Shown here: positions 61,359 to 64,000 of the stretch, in pieces | How the letters are laid out: each line of letters starts with the position of its first letter | Numbering within the stretch: the first letter of the stretch is position 1 | Source of the DNA: Candidatus Eiseniibacteriota bacterium | Lineage (GTDB): Bacteria > Eisenbacteria > RBG-16-71-46 | Reading direction: 5' to 3' | Length of the DNA stretch: 64,000 nt | NCBI GenBank assembly: GCA_963725865.1 | Contig: CAVSAC010000010.1 | Coordinates: 160,001 to 224,000 of the forward strand | Notes under the pieces: model-generated | Told to the model about the DNA's origin: nothing | Seen by the model: the letters and a program-made list of their open reading frames with translations, nothing else | Databases searched by the model: none | Made by a program: the position numbers and the translations under genes

Positions 61359-61506
61359 GGATGGGGCCTGCGGGGCGCTGCGCGCGCACCGCGTCCGGCC
61401 GGCGCGGATCTCGCGCGGTCCCGGACATCGGGTGTCGAAGCGCAGCGGGCACGGCGATACTCCGTTCGCGTCCGACGGCGCCGATGCGCGCCGTCGCAGG
61501 GGAAGA

Positions 61507-61582
61507 TGGTGGGCGGAACAGGACTTGAACCTGTGACCCCCTGGTTGTGATCCAGGTGCTCTGCCAGCTGAGCTACCCGCCC
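61507..61582 (-). tRNA. tRNA-Val(CAC), CCA encoded
   Basis: GGGCGGG acceptor stem, anticodon arm CCUGG-AUCACAA-CCAGG, UUCAA T-loop, ACCA end. Confidence 0.95.
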
Positions 61583-61623
61583 TTCGGGGCTCCGGTACGG
61601 GCATGCGTCACCCGGGTGATCCA

Positions 61624-61697
61624 TGGGCCCACCTGGATTCGAACCAGGGTCTCGCCGGTTATGAGCCGGCCGCTCTGGACCGCTGAGCTATGGGCCC
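61624..61697 (-). tRNA. tRNA with CAT anticodon, most likely Ile2 (lysidine-modified); CCA not encoded
   Basis: GGGCCCA/UGGGCCC acceptor stem (C4-G69, C5-G68), GCCGG-CUCAUAA-CCGGC anticodon arm, no fMet features; located after rpoD like E. coli ileX. Confidence 0.88.
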
Positions 61698-61737
61698 AGC
61701 GCGTGGCGCGCAAGGATCGGCAGCCGGAAGCCGGGTG

Positions 61738-61767
61738 TTTCTATCACCCGGCTCGGAATGGTGTCAA
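61738..61767 (-). promoter_or_regulatory. Putative promoter of the tRNA pair
   Basis: TTGACA-N18-TAGAAA with a TGn extension. Confidence 0.5.
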
Positions 61768-61972
61768 GACAGGTGCTGCGGTGCTCGCTTGGATCGTGGA
61801 CTTCCGAGCCTCCATCCGGGAGATACTCCCATGCTTTCTCGTTCGGATCCCGGCGCGCCGCGGCGGTGACGAGGCGCGTCCCGGCGCCCGGGGACACGCT
61901 CGCGCTGCCCGACGTCGTCCTCACCCCGCTGCCCTGAGCGCCCCGACCCGGCGCGCGGAGCGACTCGGATCG

Positions 61973-62010
61973 GCGCGGGGCGCGCGACGGAACGCCGCCG
62001 CGCCCCGCGC
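61973..62010 (-). terminator. GC-rich hairpin after rpoD
   Basis: GCGCGGGGCGC...GCGCCCCGCGC inverted repeat just downstream of the rpoD stop; no U tract. Confidence 0.4.
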
Positions 62011-62027
62011 GGGTCGTGCCGCCCGCG

Positions 62028-63830
62028 CTACAGCAGCTCGGTGTAGGCCTTGAGTCGCCGACTGCGCGTCGGGTGCCGCAGCTTGCGGAGCGCCTTCGCC
62101 TCGATCTGACGGATGCGCTCGCGCGTGACGTTGAAGAACGCGCCCACCTCTTCGAGCGTGCGCTGGGCGCCGTCCTCGGTGAGGCCGAAGCGCAGGCGGA
62201 TCACCTTCGCCTCGCGCGGGGTGAGCGTGCGCAGCACGTCGTTGACCTCGTCGCGCAGCATCGCGGCCGCCGCTGAATGCGCGGGACTCACGACGCTGGT
62301 GTCCTCGATGAAGTCGCCGAGGTTCGAGTCGTCGTCCTCGCCGATCGGGCGGTCGAGCGAGATCGGCTCCTGCGCGGCCTTGAGGATGCTCTTCACCTTG
62401 TCGACCGGCAGCTCGAGCCGCTCCGCGATCTCCTCGGGCGTGGGCTCGCGGCCCAGCTCCTGGACCAGCCGCCGCGAGACGCGCACCACGCGGTTGATGT
62501 GCTCGATCATGTGCACCGGCACGCGGATGGTGCGCGCCTGGTCCGCGATCGCGCGCGTGATGGCCTGGCGGATCCACCACGTGGCGTAGGTCGAGAACTT
62601 GTAGCCCTTCGTGTAGTCGAACTTGTCGACCGCGCGCATCAGGCCGGAGTTGCCTTCCTGGATCAGGTCGAGGAACTCGAGGCCGCGGTTCGTGTAACGC
62701 TTGGCGATCGAGATCACGAGCCGGACGTTCGCCTCGATCATCTCCTTCTTCGCCTGCCCGGTGGCGCGCTCGCCGTCGCGGATCTGGCGGTGGAGCTCCA
62801 GCAGGTGCTCCATCGACATCCGCGCCTCCTCCTCGAGGCGCTTGATCTCCTTGCGGTGCTCCTTGAGGTCCTCGGTGAACTCCTGGATCTGCGTGGGCTG
62901 GAGCCCCGAGTCGCGCTTGAGGGCGCGCAGCTCCTTCGGTCCCTTCTTGAGCCGCCGCATGAAGCCCTGCATCTCCTCGATCGCGTGGCCGTAGTGCTTC
63001 TCGATCGCGCCCTCGGCCTCCTGCAGCACCTGCGCGCGCTCGGCCAGGCCCTTCACCGGATGCGAGAGCCCCTCGACCATGCGCGGATTCATCGAGAGCT
63101 TGTGCAGCTCCTGCGTGAGCTCGGCCTCGACCTTCGCGAAGTTCGCCTGGTAGTTCGCGCGCTGGCGGTCCGTCATGCGCTCGTGCTGGCGCTCGAGCAG
63201 GTCGTTGTAGCGCTTCTGCAGCGCGAACACGCGCTCGAGGATCTTCACCGCGCGCAGCCGCTCCTTCTTGAGCGCCTGCTCGGTCGCCGCGTTCTCGTCG
63301 ACCTTGATGAAGTCCTCGATCTTGAGCAGACCCTCCTTGAGCTTCTTGAGCAGGCCCTTGATCTCGCGCACCGACGGGTCGGCGCGGAACAGCGCCGAGA
63401 CCACCTGACGCTCGCCGGCCTCGATGCGACGCGCGATCTCGACCTCGCCCTCGCGCGTCAGCAGCGGGACGCGGCCCATCTCGCGCAGGTACATGCGCAC
63501 CGGGTCGTCGTAGCGGACCGGCTGCTGCGGGACCGTCTTGGCCGCGGGGGAGGCCTTCTTGTCCTCGATCTTGCGCAGCTTCTTCAGCCGCTCCTGGGCA
63601 TCCTCGTCGCTCGCGAAGACCTCCATGTGCATCTGGTTGAGCATCCCATGGATCTCCTCCATGAGATCGACCTGCGCCTCGGGCTCCTGGTTGTCGTCGA
63701 GGAGCCACACGATCTGGTCCTCGGTGATGTAGCCCTGGCGAAGCGCCAGCGACTTGATCTCGTCGAGTCGCTTGCGCTGCTCGGCCTTCTCCTTGAGCTT
63801 CGCCTGTTTCTTGGTGGTGGCTGCCGCCAT
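62028..63830 (-). CDS. rpoD: Primary RNA polymerase sigma factor (sigma70)
   Basis: [48 protein letters not shown] and TRERIRQIE motifs; AAGGAG SD (alternative GTG at 63848). Confidence 0.98.
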   Translation of the reverse strand: MAAATTKKQAKLKEKAEQRKRLDEIKSLALRQGYITEDQIVWLLDDNQEPEAQVDLMEEIHGMLNQMHMEVFASDEDAQERLKKLRKIEDKKASPAAKTVPQQPVRYDDPVRMYLREMGRVPLLTREGEVEIARRIEAGERQVVSALFRADPSVREIKGLLKKLKEGLLKIEDFIKVDENAATEQALKKERLRAVKILERVFALQKRYNDLLERQHERMTDRQRANYQANFAKVEAELTQELHKLSMNPRMVEGLSHPVKGLAERAQVLQEAEGAIEKHYGHAIEEMQGFMRRLKKGPKELRALKRDSGLQPTQIQEFTEDLKEHRKEIKRLEEEARMSMEHLLELHRQIRDGERATGQAKKEMIEANVRLVISIAKRYTNRGLEFLDLIQEGNSGLMRAVDKFDYTKGYKFSTYATWWIRQAITRAIADQARTIRVPVHMIEHINRVVRVSRRLVQELGREPTPEEIAERLELPVDKVKSILKAAQEPISLDRPIGEDDDSNLGDFIEDTSVVSPAHSAAAAMLRDEVNDVLRTLTPREAKVIRLRFGLTEDGAQRTLEEVGAFFNVTRERIRQIEAKALRKLRHPTRSRRLKAYTELL

Positions 63831-63844
63831 CGATCCCCGCTCCT

Positions 63845-64000
63845 TCACGCGTTGAGGTTGCGAAGCGTCGCTGCGATGTCCTGGATCTCGTGGAGCAGGC
63901 GCTCGGCGTCGGCACCGCCCGCCTTCCGCAGCTCCTGCTCGATCGTGCGTCGTCGTTCCGTCAGCCGCCGCGCCACCAGGATGCGAGTGGCGCCGCGAGC
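63845..64000 (-). CDS. dnaG: C-terminal end of an upstream gene, probably DNA primase (partial)
   Basis: Helical tail ...[14 protein letters not shown]...[17 protein letters not shown] directly upstream of rpoD. The identity rests on dnaG-rpoD synteny only. Confidence 0.6.
   Translation of the reverse strand, partial: ARGATRILVARRLTERRRTIEQELRKAGGADAERLLHEIQDIAATLRNLNA

Noticed and set aside
61624..61697. Calling the CAT tRNA Met or fMet
   Set aside because: It lacks the C1:A72 mismatch and the three G-C anticodon-stem pairs of fMet. The acceptor stem and position after rpoD fit Ile2, although elongator Met is not formally excluded.

Overview
This is a very GC-rich core-chromosome segment from a diderm bacterium, as shown by the LPS-type glycosyltransferases and Omp85/TamB genes. 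Gene content is reminiscent of FCB-associated candidate phyla such as Ca. Eisenbacteria; that is an inference only. Essentially all genes lie on the minus strand. In reading direction they are: dnaG (3' end), rpoD, tRNA-Ile2(CAT), tRNA-Val(CAC), a C4 Zn-ribbon protein, a membrane-inserted patatin, a TMTC-like GT-C/TPR protein, RNase HI, rnpB, recJ, rel, dtd, maf, rplM, rpsI, rpsB, tsf, pyrH, frr, uppS, cdsA, dxr (frameshifted), GT9 (frameshifted), GT2, GT4, rseP, tamA, tamB, a peptidase/beta-propeller/Omp85 protein, pcrA, gatCAB, a LarA-like fragment, purD, purE, tsaC, a YwlE-like phosphatase, ilvE, rpiB, glyA, a putative sigma54-driven orphan, a moxR/DUF58/bat operon, PAP2, a pseudo-EIIA, a short Zn-ribbon protein, a lipoprotein, a YfiM-like gene (the only + strand gene), cca, a polyprenyl synthase, rsfS, argS and a PfkB kinase. 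The window ends (left edge) in a three-part module: an unknown soluble protein, an unannotated 16-aa Trp-terminated peptide with a perfect SD, and a polytopic membrane HD-GYP protein. That module is the best candidate for an undescribed peptide/cyclic-dinucleotide signalling system. I saw no mobile elements or CRISPR arrays. Most long ORFs in the supplied track are GC-rich shadow frames.
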